Positions 13,914-25,594 of a DNA stretch of 64,000 nucleotides are shown piece after piece (within the stretch, counting starts at the first letter, position 1; each line of letters opens with the position of its first letter). The position numbers were made by a program, and so were the translations under genes. Source of the DNA: Chiloscyllium plagiosum (Eukaryota). The notes beneath the pieces were generated by a model, which saw nothing but the letters and a program-made list of their open reading frames with translations, searched no databases and was not told the DNA's origin. The DNA lies in the NCBI RefSeq assembly GCF_004010195.1, contig NC_057718.1:16584192-16648191 (forward strand), read 5' to 3'.

Positions 13914-15339
13914 TGAACCAGGGTGCAAAATCGCAAGGAGGCCAAGTGAGTGATGCTGTGATTAGGGTAGGTCGGGTTTAATGGGAGAAATTAGATGCAA
14001 TGGGGAAGGTCCAACAATGGTAGTGGAGGGGAAGGGGTAGTGGAGTCAGGTCCAGGAGTGATCGGAAGACTTCTCAGATGAATGGATGGTTGATTAGCAA
14101 TGCAGAGTGATGCCAACCTGCACCAGCCAAGGTTACAATGAAGGTCTCTCCTTCACAACCTCAGCTCTTGCCCGAGGTTGGTGACCGCAGGCAAATCTCC
14201 ACCACTTAACCAATATTTGTCTCTCTCTAATCAGAAAGCAGCCCTATAGCCTTCTGGAACTATGGGGATTTTATTCCAGCATCACTGGAAGTTGAGCATG
14301 AAGATACTGCAGAATCACTATCGTAGTAGACTCTGAAGGAAGTATCCAGGAAGTCCTGCACTGTGCACGCTTCATGCAGCAGGTAGCCACTGTGCTAGTG
14401 GAAAAATTATTTTAATTGACTGCCTGCCTCTGTGGGGCCATCCTACCATAGCTTTCCCATTTTCTCAATCCTCTTTATCTCGCCTCCAAGCTCACCCTCA
14501 TGAAGCCATGGAACATTGTGCATTGTACTACTTCTTGACTGTGTATTCTCAGAGATTCAGGCAAAATAACATGTTTTCTCTCATATTAAAATAATTAAAC
14601 ATATGCTTCTTGACTAACTAGTGAGAGGCAAGAAATAACGTAATGATTGGAAAAAAAGGCAAAATTTTACTGCACTCAGAATTTTCAAATATTTGGATAG
14701 TGAAGCTAAACTATTAATTTATCAAGTATTAATTCAAAGAGTACATTTTTCATGGGTCCTAAAACAGATGCACAAATAGCTTCAGGTTTTTGAAGCTATG
14801 GGGTGATTTGGAGCACCAACATTTTATAAAAAGCAGTGCAAGAAAAATCTATGTCAATGACTCTATGTGAGGGAAAACATGGGGGTATGTGGTGGGGAAA
14901 GAATTTTCCAGCAATTTTACCCAATGCAATAAAACTGCTAACATGTTAGAGCAGTTTTTTTCCCCAGGGTGAGTCTCTGATCTGTTCCTAAGTGGGACCA
15001 CAGTGAGAAACCACTGAGAGAAGGACAGGTGCTGCTCTACAGGGAAGGAAGGAAAATAGGCAGACCTGTCACCTTGAGTCACACTTGCACACCCCCAGTA
15101 GCTGGCGACAGAGGGAAGATAGTGAAGATCTAGAAACAAATCCTCACCCTATTCTTCTGCAAAAAGGAAATTTGCATAACGTAGATGTAAGTCCATAAAG
15201 GGAAAAAGAGGGAAAAATAAATCAAATCAGTCATTTAAAAAAAAGCAGACGTCACTCACACTAAATGCAAAGGACTTACATGGAGTTCTGACTTTCCAAA
15301 CTCCTGTTGTAAACTGTGACAGTGTATTACGAACACCCA

Positions 15340-15790
15340 CCTGGTTCTTTTATACTGACACTAGGAAAGCTGCTGCATGTACTCAGATCAAACTGGGCTT
15401 CAGTCCAGATTCTGCCAGAATACCCAAATAGTCGAGAATCATAAGGATCCTACACAGCACGGGATCCTGTCCATGATCTTGGCACCAGATGGCAAACCTT
15501 TTCCACTTACTGTTACAAACAGACTGTGTGGAAGATTTCCTTGCAGCTATGATGATCTCTATCACTTCCTTTCATAAGCCCAGGGCTTTTTAACCATTCC
15601 TGTTCAACAGCCAAGCCAGCAGCTGGAGGCTGAATGTTTCATGGTGCCAAGCTCTTCGCGAGATACTCTTGCCTGTTGGGAAGGTAAAATAATTCTTTCT
15701 TTATGAAAGAAACTAGATAAGAATTATGGCTGTCACAGTCACATGGGCAGGGGTTTCATCAGGATCTGTCCTTTCTTCCGATATCTATGA
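15340..15790 (-). mobile_element. DIRS-type tyrosine-recombinase retrotransposon relic (pol end and YR N-terminus)
   Basis: IEIIIAARKSSTQSVCNSKWKRFAIWCQDHGQDPVLCRILMILDYLGILAESGLKPSLI*VHAAA fits the N-terminal core-binding domain of DIRS1-group recombinases. It is preceded by LQLLAWLL, typical of the overlapping pol end. Confidence 0.8.
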
Positions 15791-16861
15791 AGGTTTTAGT
15801 GGAGTCAGGGATAATATAATCTGTCAATTGACTGACTAACAACACTGAATTAAATACTTTGGGTCCTAAATATGCATCTGCACTGTTGTCTACAAGCTTG
15901 TGAGAAAGGACCTAATGAAGTACTTTAAAAAGCATTCAGAACTGTGACTGAGACAGAGCTGCTGGAATCACTACACGACTGCAACAATGATTATAACATA
16001 AGATCACATGTGGATACTGATGGCCCTTCAGCTTACCAGTAGATCATTTTTCAAGAATCTCAACTCCTTAATCTCATAACACTATGCCATTGTTCCTGAA
16101 GTTTGTCTAATGTTCTGGCTTTAACTACACTTGATGGCAACCACTCGTTCCTAATCTCTATTTAAGAAAACAGGTCTTGTTGCATTTCGTAAACTTGCCC
16201 TTTCAAAGTGCAGGGGTCATGTCCACATTCTCATAAACTAATATCCCCCCCACCAAGTCTCTTTCAACTCAACCCTTGATAAATCTTATCCCAACCACAA
16301 ACTACATGTGGCTACTGTTTTGATTTCCAACTTGTCTAGATTGATCTACAAGTGATCAGCCCAGCTGCAGCCCTTATTGTAGTTCTCTTTGTAAAGTTCT
16401 GGCTGCCTCTTCTGTGCTTCTGTCGTGTGCCATTTTCACTGCTTTGCATGGAAACTGCAAATCTAGGCCAGTAATACATACCAGGAGCAAGATGAATTTT
16501 AAGCACTAATCCATTGGGCACATCAAATAATATTTCTTTCATTTTGATCTTCACTTCCTTAGTACACTAATTTTTTTAATATCCATGACTATTTCTTAAT
16601 AACATCAACCATACAGTGTCAAATGGTCCATAGTTATCACAGAGTATAAGATTGTGGAGGAGGATATGGCGGAAGCAGGTAGACGTTTATAGTTGAAAGT
16701 GGGGAACTTAAAAATTGAGAGGTTTGGGGTAATGTTTACTAGATAACTTGTTGAGCCTGAAATGAACATTCCTGTTCCTGTTGACCAAAATTACAGATCC
16801 ATTATAGATTATTCATCTCTACTAGCTCCTATCTATTCCAGGACCCAAAGCTCTGACAGTA

Positions 16862-17285
16862 AATAGCTCATCAGTTAGAAGCACTCTTACATCTGAGTCA
16901 GAAGGTTGTGGGTTCAAGTTTTACCTCAGATTTTGAACACAAAAGCCAAAGCTGACACATCCTCTGCTGGATTGCACAGTCAGAGCTGCCATCTTTTGGA
17001 TGAGACCTTAAAGCAAGCTCTGTCTGCCTCCTTGGGTTGACATACAATAGCCATGGCATTATTGCAAAGAAGAACAGATGAGTTATTCCCAGTGTCTTGG
17101 TCAATACTTATCTGTTAATAAACATAATTAAAACAGCTTATCTGATTGTTTTATACTTATGTTGCAAAGCGACTGATCTTTTTTCTATTTACATCTCTGA
17201 CTATACTTCAAAAGTACCTATTCGCCTGTGAAGTGTTTTGGGATGTTCTGTCCCTACGAAAGATGCTATAAAAATGTTAGTCCTT
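16862..17285 (+). mobile_element. Deu-domain SINE (SacSINE1/AmnSINE1-like), old
   Basis: tRNA-like head (gcactcttacatctgagtcagaaggttgtgggttcaag), Deu core (gctgccatcttttggatgagacc...ccatggcattatt...gagttattcccagtgtcttgg) and L2-like tail (tgaagtgttttgggatg...aagatgctataaaaatg). Confidence 0.8.
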
Positions 17286-18106
17286 CCACTTTCTTTCATT
17301 GTGATATAGACAGACATGGATTCCCACAGACAGTACATATTCAACTAGCATTTTCAATCTGATATTTTTAGCAGGGGCCCATTGGTATACTGGAAACATG
17401 GAGAAGCATTGGCTGATGGAAGAAAGTTGGGGAATTTATCTCTATAACTTCAAAAACCTTTCAGAACAAGCATACCAGCTGATGTAATCAGTAACAGATT
17501 GAAATTCCATGATTTTGTCCATAAAGCCAGATTAAATCTTTCAAGGTAAAGGTCAACTTTGACCAAAGAACAACAAATTTAGATGGACTTTTTTTATATA
17601 GTTCAGCAATCAGCATCAACATTCAAGAAAAGCCTGCATAGTATTACTTTTTGTGCTTAGATTAATTTACAAATACTTATTAATGTTCTCAAATAATTTA
17701 TGGGGAAATGGGTAATGTTAAACAACTGAGCTTTATTGAGGCAGATCCTGGGTTTTATCTGAGTCCTGGGTAATAATTGCCGAACCCCGTTGTTGCAGTA
17801 AAGGTGTACTTAAATGCCTTCTTCGCACAGGATATGGATTTTCTTTCACTTTTCCAGAGCTTGATTATTATCTAATAATTAACTTCCCAAAATCAACCCA
17901 TTTAAGAGAACCTATGCCTGCAGACATCAAATGAGAAAAGAATTGTAAGGTCTCCAAAGTTGAACAGCCAGTTGATACGCTGCCTCAATTCATGTATTAA
18001 AAATTACCAGCTGTATGAGTAATGTAGAGCAGCACACACTTATTGACCTGCCCCCTAATTCTGCTACCTTCATGGCAGGAGACAAGAGAATTGAGAAAAT
18101 GCTTAA

Positions 18107-18200
18107 GTTAAAAATCACGCATCACCAAGTTATAGACCAACAGTTTATTTGGAAGTACAAGCTTTCAGAGCACTACTCCTTCATCAGGTAACTAGTGGAG
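18107..18200 (-). mobile_element. Short Neptune-type PLE terminal fragment
   Basis: Same family as the ends of 47136-49415; minus strand reads cctgatgaaggagtagtgctctgaaagcttg. Confidence 0.75.
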
Positions 18201-19159
18201 CTATTTGTGCAGTAAAATAAATTCTGTGTCCTATGGTCCCGGCCTGGATCGATGCCAACTGTGGGTCATTTTTGCAGAGGAGGGTGGGGTGGTCCCACAT
18301 GGTTGATATCCAATCAAGGCTGTTCATGGCCACTTAGAAGCAATTAAAGAGATTAATTCTCCACCTACAGGTTCCCACAAATGATAGCGGCCAATTCAAA
18401 GGGCTCATGGTGGCTTCCCAGCAGCAGATGAGCCAGTGAAGGAGGGAGATTTCATGAATGAGACACTCTATGTTTGTGTAGATTTCAATAATATAGAGAG
18501 AATGTCCATAAATAATAAAACATTTTGTTGAAATGAATTTTTTTAGAAGCAAAAACAGAAATTATTGAAGAAATTCATAGGTCCAGAGCATGTGTGGAGA
18601 GAAAGCGAAGTTAATGTTTCGAGTATAATGACCTTCTTCAGAACTGTACTGGTTTCCAATATATGCCGTTCTTTGTATTGTCAAGCCCCATCACCCCAAC
18701 CAGAAGGCAAAACACAGGATGTCCTGTACAAGAGATCTCTCTCACTGTGGTGGCCTGGCTGTAAAAGCTATTTTTAATTTAACTTTAAAATGTTGGAGAG
18801 GCTGATTGTATTTCAAGTTGGGAGGTAGACATGATAAAATAGGGAATCCACATCACCACCACACAATGTGAAAGCTACCAATCAAAAGCCTTTCTGGTAC
18901 CTGAGTGTTTTTACCCAGTGCACCTTTCATGACTTCACTTCCTGGAATAGCAATGCAACAACATCTTACCCCAACTGATGTGCCTGGCCAATCAGAGGTC
19001 AGCAAGTCTAGAACTCGGCAACATCATGGTAACTCCTTCCTCAGATGGAGGATCAGAGGCAAGAAATATAAGTCTTCGGTTTGATTTGGGGTGAGGTGGA
19101 AGTGGGGCAGCTTTCTGGGGCTGGAGGTTATATGGAGAGGTGTCAGTTATTCAGAAGCA

Positions 19160-19258
19160 TGGGTGTGTATGTGTGTATGAGAGAGAGAGAGAGAGAAAGA
19201 AAGAGAGAGAGAGTATGTGTGTAAGAGACAAAGAGAAAGAAAGAGAGAGAGAAAGAGG
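19160..19258 (+). repeat. (GT)n/(GA)n microsatellite
   Basis: Seen directly. Confidence 0.9.
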
Positions 19259-19699
19259 CAAGGAAAGCTGCCAGAGGCTGTCAGAAAACTGACAAGAGTA
19301 CTCAGCTTTAGGTTGAGTACCTCAATCTTACACAAATGGGTCAAAATTAAGGGAACCCCCAAAATTTACAGCTGCCCACAGTGCCTTATTGTCAGGTAGT
19401 CTAGTTCACTCTCTTTCTGCAGGATGAGACCCTCAAGTCATTTTACAGCCTTAGACAGTCTGTTGAGAAGGTCGACCAAGTATCTTCCCATCCAAAACAT
19501 CATACCCAAGATGGCAGGATTGTGGTGGGCATTCCCATGGTTACAGCTTGGAAGGGTCACTGAGAAACATTTTCTCTGCTTTCTCTGCACAGATGCTGCC
19601 AGATCTGCTGAGTTTCTCCAGCAATTTCTGTTTTGAATTACGAACTCTCTGACGTAAATACAAAATGGGTAATCAGCAAAATGGACTTTCTCTGCAAAA

Positions 19700-20250
19700 G
19701 GGATTTTGAATTTCTCAGTCTGTCCATGAATGAGATTAGTTTTTTGCTATCTACTCTATCCAGAGGCCAATTTTATATTAGCTCTCTATAGCTTTCCTAC
19801 CAAAATGAATCAATTCACAATTCTCTGCATTAAATGTTATCAAGCATTTGTTTGTCCATTCTACCAGCTTATTTATGCCATTTTGAAGTTCTGCACGATT
19901 ATCCAGACTGCTTCCATGTTTCTTACCATCCACAAATTTTGCAATTATGCCTTGTATACCAAGGGCTCGGTCAATAATACATATCACGAAAAGCAAGGTT
20001 CCTAACATCCACTCTGGAGAACTCCACTACAAACTTTTTGAAAACCATACACCAAGCATTGTTCTCTGTATCCTTTCACTCAGCCAATTTCATATCCATT
20101 CAACTATCATCCTATTTTATTACATAATTTATAACTTTGCTCACAACTCCATTGTGTAGCACTTTGTCAAATGACTTTTGTAAATGCAAGTACACCAAAC
20201 AGCATTATCCTCATCAACACTCTCTGATACCTCATCTATAAACACTAGCA
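19700..20250 (-). mobile_element. Ancient CR1 RT relic
   Basis: IAKFVDGKK...ELQNGINKLVEW...FNAENCELIHFGRK, a degenerate SKFADDTK...LQ.D...FN..KC...HFG block. Confidence 0.8.
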
Positions 20251-20859
20251 AATTTGTTCTTAATGACTGGCTATTATTTTTAAATAGTAAGAATTCACCA
20301 GTCGCATTGGTGAATACAAAACACTGCTTTTGCTCTTCTAGTAATATTACTTAAATGTCTTACAATGACAGAATCTCAAACCATCGAGTAATTGGGACTG
20401 CAATCTTCAATTTTTCAGCGTACTAATGAACTTTCAGATAATGCATAAAAATTTGGAAGACAAATAACCTATTAAAATAGCCAATGAGAATCAAATTACC
20501 TTTAGCATTCTGAGCTCCAAATTGTCCTGGGTCTCAAGTAAGCACCTAATTAAACATAGACACTCACAGTCCATCTGGGAAATTTCCACAGTTTAAGGAT
20601 TGGCCCACAACAAAAAAATCCGGTATGCTCTCAGCTGGCTTGTCTTTCTGTTTCACTGGACAACAGAAACACTAAAAACTCAATGCATGTAGATGAATGT
20701 GAAATGGAAATCATCAAACTTCCACTATGTTACTAGGTCGAAAGAGTGTATATTCACTTTAAGATAGAAACTGTTTTCTGAATTTTAAAGTAAATTTAAA
20801 GTACAGCCTCAGCTGCCAGAACAGAACAGTGAAGAGACGGGCAGTTCCAAAATAGACAC

Positions 20860-21060
20860 ATAGAATCACATAATCCCTATAGTGTGGAAGCAGGCCATTT
20901 GGCCCAACAAATCCACATGGACCCTCCAAAGAGTAACCCACACTAACCCATTCCCTCTACCCTATTACTCTACATTTTCCCTGACTAATGCACCTAATCT
21001 ACATATCCCTGAACACTATGGTTAATTTAACATGGCCAATTCACCTAACATGTAACCTTT
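20860..21060 (-). mobile_element. 5'-truncated HE1-type SINE (tail half)
   Basis: tagaatc...agtgtggaagcaggccatttggcccaacaaatccac...atggccaattcacctaac. Confidence 0.8.
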
Positions 21061-21074
21061 GGCTCATTCAGAAG

Positions 21075-22134
21075 GTCAGGAGGAATGGGATTCAGGGGAA
21101 CATAGCTGACTGGATACAGAATTGGCTGGCCAACAGAAGACAGTGAGTGGTCGTAGAAGGAAAATATTCTGCCTGGAAGTCTGTGGTGAGTGGTGTTCCA
21201 CAGGGCTCTTCCTTGGCCCTCTATTGTTTGTAATTTTTATTAATGACTTGGATGAGGGGATTGAAGGATTGGTCAGCAAGTTTGCAGATGACACAAAGGT
21301 TGGAGGTGTCGTTGACAGTATAGAGGGCTGTTGTAGGCTGCAGCGGGACATTGACAGGATGCTGAGATGGGCTGAGAGGTGGCAGATGGAGATCAACCTG
21401 GATAAATGCGAGGTGATGCATTTTGGAAGGTCGAATTTGAAAGCTGAGTACAGGATTAAGGATAGGATTCTTGGCAGGAACAGAGGGATCTTGGTGTGCA
21501 TAGATCCCTTAAAATGGCCACCCAAGTGGACAGGTTTGTTAAGAAAGCATATGGTGTTTTGGCTTTCATTAACAGGGGTATTGAGTTTAAGAGTCGTGAG
21601 ATCTTGTTGCAGCTCTGTAAAACTTTGGTTAGACCGCAGTTCTGGTCGCCCTGTTATAAGAAAGATGTGGATGCTTTGGAGCAGGTTCAGAGGAGGTTTA
21701 CCAGAATGCTGCCAGGACTGGAGGGCTTATCTTATGAGGAGAGGTTGACTGAGCTTGGACTTTTTTCATTGGAGAAAAGGAGGAGAAGAGGGGACCTAAT
21801 TGAGGTATACAAGATAATTAGAGGCATAGATAGAGTCGATAGCCAGTGACTATTTCCCAGGGCAGAAATGACTAACACGAGGGGTCATAGTTTTAAGCTG
21901 GTTGGAGGAAAGTATAGAGGGGATGTCAGAGGCGGGTTCTTTACACAGAGAGTTGTGAGAGCATGGAATGCGTTGCCAGCAGCAGTTGTGGAGGCAGGGT
22001 CATTGGGGACATTTAAGAGACTCCTGGATATGCATATGGTCACAGAAATTTGAGGGTGCATACATGAGGATCAGTGGTCGGCATAACATCGTGGACTGAA
22101 GGGCCTGTTCTGTGCTGTACTGTTTTATGTTCTA
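21075..22134 (+). mobile_element. CR1 LINE, 5'-truncated (RT and 3' end)
   Basis: LGPLLFVIFINDLDEG...VSKFADDTKVGG...LQRDIDR...KCEVMHFG; ...RGHSFKLVGGKYRGDVRGGFFTQRVVRAWNALP; (TATGTTC)-type tail. Confidence 0.95.
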
Positions 22135-22565
22135 ATTGGCTGTTAAATGGATACTGAATTTTGGTTGCTATTACAACAACAATTCAAATTTAACCAATTA
22201 ATTCAAACTATGCCCAGGATACTAAGACCCAATTGAGTTTGAATTTATTGTATTGACAACATCAGACCAATGAGAGAGAACTTTTGTGGGACGGGGGGGT
22301 TTATAAAACCATGGCATTTTGAAAATTGGTCAGAACAACTTCCACCGAATAGCAAAATAACCACCATAGAGCCGGAGAGCAAAGGCCATCTGAAGAAATA
22401 AACATCTTGCTCTCAAGAAATTTCAAAAGGCACTATCGAGCAAAACATACCTTTTCCTATTAAAAAAACTCACAGTAAAAAGAAAGAAGACCCAGGGAGA
22501 AGACAGCACAATTGGAAGACCAGAAGGAACACAGCATACGAGACTGTGTGGACTTGAGATTAAGT

Positions 22566-24787
22566 TAGAACAGATCTAAAAGTTGAAGTTCTAAATTGGA
22601 GGAAGGCTAATTTTGACGGGATTAGGCAAGAACTTTCAAAAGCTGATTGGGGGTAGACGTTCACAGATCAAGGGACAGCTGGAAAATGGGAAGCCTTCAG
22701 AAAAGAGATAGAGAGTCCAGAGACAGTATATTCCAGTTAGGGTGAAAGCAAAGGCGAGTAGGTGTAGGAAATGCTGAATGTCTAAAGAAATTGAGGGTTT
22801 GGTTAAGAATCAGAAGGAAGCATATGTCAGGTATTGAGAAGTTAGATCAAATGAATCCTTAGAAGAGTATAAAGGCAGTAGGAGTATACTTAATAGGGAA
22901 ATCTGGAGGGCAAAAAAGGGACATGAGATAGCTTTGGTGAATAGAGTTAAGGAGAATCCAAAGGGTTTTTACAAATTTATTAAGGACAAAAGGGTAACTA
23001 GGGAGAGAATAGCAAAATCAGCAAGGCAGCCTTTGGGTGGAACAACAGGAGATGGGGGAGATATCAAAGGAGCACTTTGCATCAGTGTTTACTGTGGAAA
23101 AGGATATGGAAGGTATAGAATGTAGGGAAATAGATGGTGATGTCTTGAAAAATGTCCATATTACAGAGGGGGGATGTGCTGGATGTCTTGAAATGCATAA
23201 AAGTGGATAAATCACCAGGACCTGATCAGGTGTACCATAGAACTCTGTGGGAAGCTAGGAAAGTGATTGCTGGGCCCCTTGCTGAGATATTTATATCATC
23301 GATAGTCACAGGTGAGGTGCCGGATGACTGGAGATTGGCTAACGTGGTGCCATTGTTAAAGAAGGATGGTAAAGACAAGCCAGGAAACTATAGACCAGTG
23401 AGCCTGACGTTTGGTGGTGGGCAAGTTGTTGGAGGGAATCCTGAGGGACGGGATGTCCATGTACTTGGAAAGGCAAGGACTGATTAGGGATAGTCAACAT
23501 GGCTTTATGTGTGGGAAGTCATGTCCCACAAACTTGATTGTGTTTTTCGAAGAAGTAACAAAGAGGATTGATGAGGGCAGAACGGTGGACATGATCTATA
23601 TGGACTTCAGTAAGGCATTCAACAAGGTTCCCAATGGGAGACTGGTTAGCAAGGTTAGACCTCATGGAATACAAGGAGAACTAGCCATTTGGATACAGAA
23701 CTGGTCTCAAAGGTAGAAGACAGAGGGTGCTGGTGGAGTGCTGTTTTTCAGACTGGAGATCTGTGACCAGTGGAGTGCCACAAGGATCGACATTGGGTCC
23801 ACTATTCGTCATTTATATAAATGATTTGGATGCGAGCATAAGACATATAGTTAGTAAGTTTGCAGATGGCACCAAAATTGGAGGTGTAGTGGATAGCGAA
23901 GAAGGTTACCTCAGATTACAATGGGATCCTGATCAGATGGGCCAATGGGCTGAGGAGTGGCAGATGGAGTTCAATTTAGATAAATGTAAGGTGAGGTGCT
24001 GCATTTTGGGAAAGCAAATCGTAGCAGGACCTATACACTTAATGGTAAGGTCCTAGAGAGTGTTGCTGAGCAAAGAGATCTTGGAGTGCAGGTTCATAGC
24101 TCCTCGAAAGTGGAGTCGCAGGTAGATAGGATAGTGAGGAAGGCGTTTGGTATGCAGTCCTTTATTGGTCAGAGTATTGAGCACAGGAGTTGGGAGGTCA
24201 TGTTGCGGCTGTACAAAACATTGGTTAGGCCACTTTTGGAATATTGCATGCAAATCTGGTCTCCTTTCTAATGGAAGGATGTTGTGAAACTTGCAAGGGT
24301 TCAGAAAAGATTTACAACGATATTGCCAGGATTGGAGGATTTGAGCTCTAGGGAGAATTGAATAGGCTGGGGGCTGTTTTCCCTGGATCATCAGAGGCTG
24401 AGGGTGACCTTATTGAGGTTTATAAAATCATATGGGGCTTGGTTAGGATAAGTAGACAAAGTCTCTTTCCTGGGGTGTGGGAGTCCAGAACCAGAGGGCA
24501 TAGGTTTAGGGTGAGAGGGGAAAGATATAAAAGAGACCTAAGGGTCAACTTTTTCACGCAGAGGGTGGTACATGTATAGAATGAGCTGCCAGAGGAAGTG
24601 GTGGAGGCTGGTACAATTGCAACATTTAAAAGACATCTGGATGGGTATATGAATAGAAAGGGTTTGTGGGATATGGCCGGGTGCTGGCACGTGGGACTAG
24701 ATTGGGTTGGGATATCTAGTTGGCATGGACGAGTTAGACCAAAGGAACTGTTTCTGTTCTGTACATCTCTATAACTCTGTGACTCTA
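22566..24787 (+). mobile_element. CR1 LINE ORF2, 5'-truncated and frameshifted
   Basis: KSPGPD, WRLANVVPL, NYRPVSLT, SQHGF, YMDFSKAF, SGVPQGS, SKFADGTK; 3' tail ctctataactctgtgactcta. Same subfamily as 1-2563. Confidence 0.95.
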
Positions 24788-24926
24788 ATGTAATGTTAAT
24801 AATTGTGTTTTTGGAACAGTGTATTGATAGCATTGTGTTCAGTTAACAGATCGTGGTTAGTTCGGGGAAAGAGTGTTTAGTTTGTCAATAGTTTTGTTTA
24901 GTGTTCACTTTAGAGTTAGGAAAACA

Positions 24927-25249
24927 AGATTAGATTCCCTACAGTGCGGAAACAGGCCATTTAGCCCAACAAGTCCACACCAACCCTCCGTAGACTAACC
25001 CACCTAGACCCATTCCCCTACATTTACTCCTGATTAATGCACCTAACTATATGGGCAATTTAGTATGGCCAATTCAATGACCTGTACATCTTTGGACTGT
25101 GGGAGGACAACTGAGCACCCAGAGGAAACCTACAGAGACACGGGGAGAATGTGCAAACTCCACACAGAGAATGGCCTGAGGCAGAAATCGAACCCGGGTC
25201 CCTGGTGCTGTGAGACAGCAGTGCTAACCACTAAGCCACCGTGCCGCCC
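24927..25249 (-). mobile_element. HE1-type V-SINE
   Basis: Head, V-domain and tail as in the other copies. Confidence 0.92.
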
Positions 25250-25594
25250 AAATTGTTTTTTTTTCTTTAAATAGCAGAAATGTCACTCACATTTTAACAG
25301 ATTACAAGGTGAAGTGAACTTTTCTGGGTCTTTGGTTTTAATTAACAGAGGGGTTCAACCTCTGCGTCTTAACAATTGCATAATGATGATTCCTCATCAA
25401 AGCTGGACTGTGTGAATTACAAAGTGCCAGATGACACATAGCATTTTGCCTAGGAAGCTTACAACCCAATGGCCTTACCATCAACTTCACCAGCTTCAAA
25501 GTCCCTCCTATAGTCTTATCCTATGTCTAGCCCCACCCCTCCTCCTTGCTTCCCTGACCTATCCTAAACTGTCCATCCTCCTACTCACCTATCT

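Larger units (their letters stand above)
20728..25374 (+). mobile_element. Putative solo LTR broken into pieces by two CR1 and two HE1 insertions
   Basis: Pieces ~20728-20860, ~22135-22565, ~24788-24926 and ~25250-25374. TGTTA...TAACA termini; CCAAT boxes (22193, 22267) and TATAAAA (~22302). No matching TSD. Confidence 0.45.

Noticed and set aside
20501..20546. Possible 46 nt exon (ttaattag|...ctaaag|gtaat) encoding CLLETQDNLELRMLK
   Set aside because: Poor acceptor, not similar to the expected next exon, and it would shift the frame.
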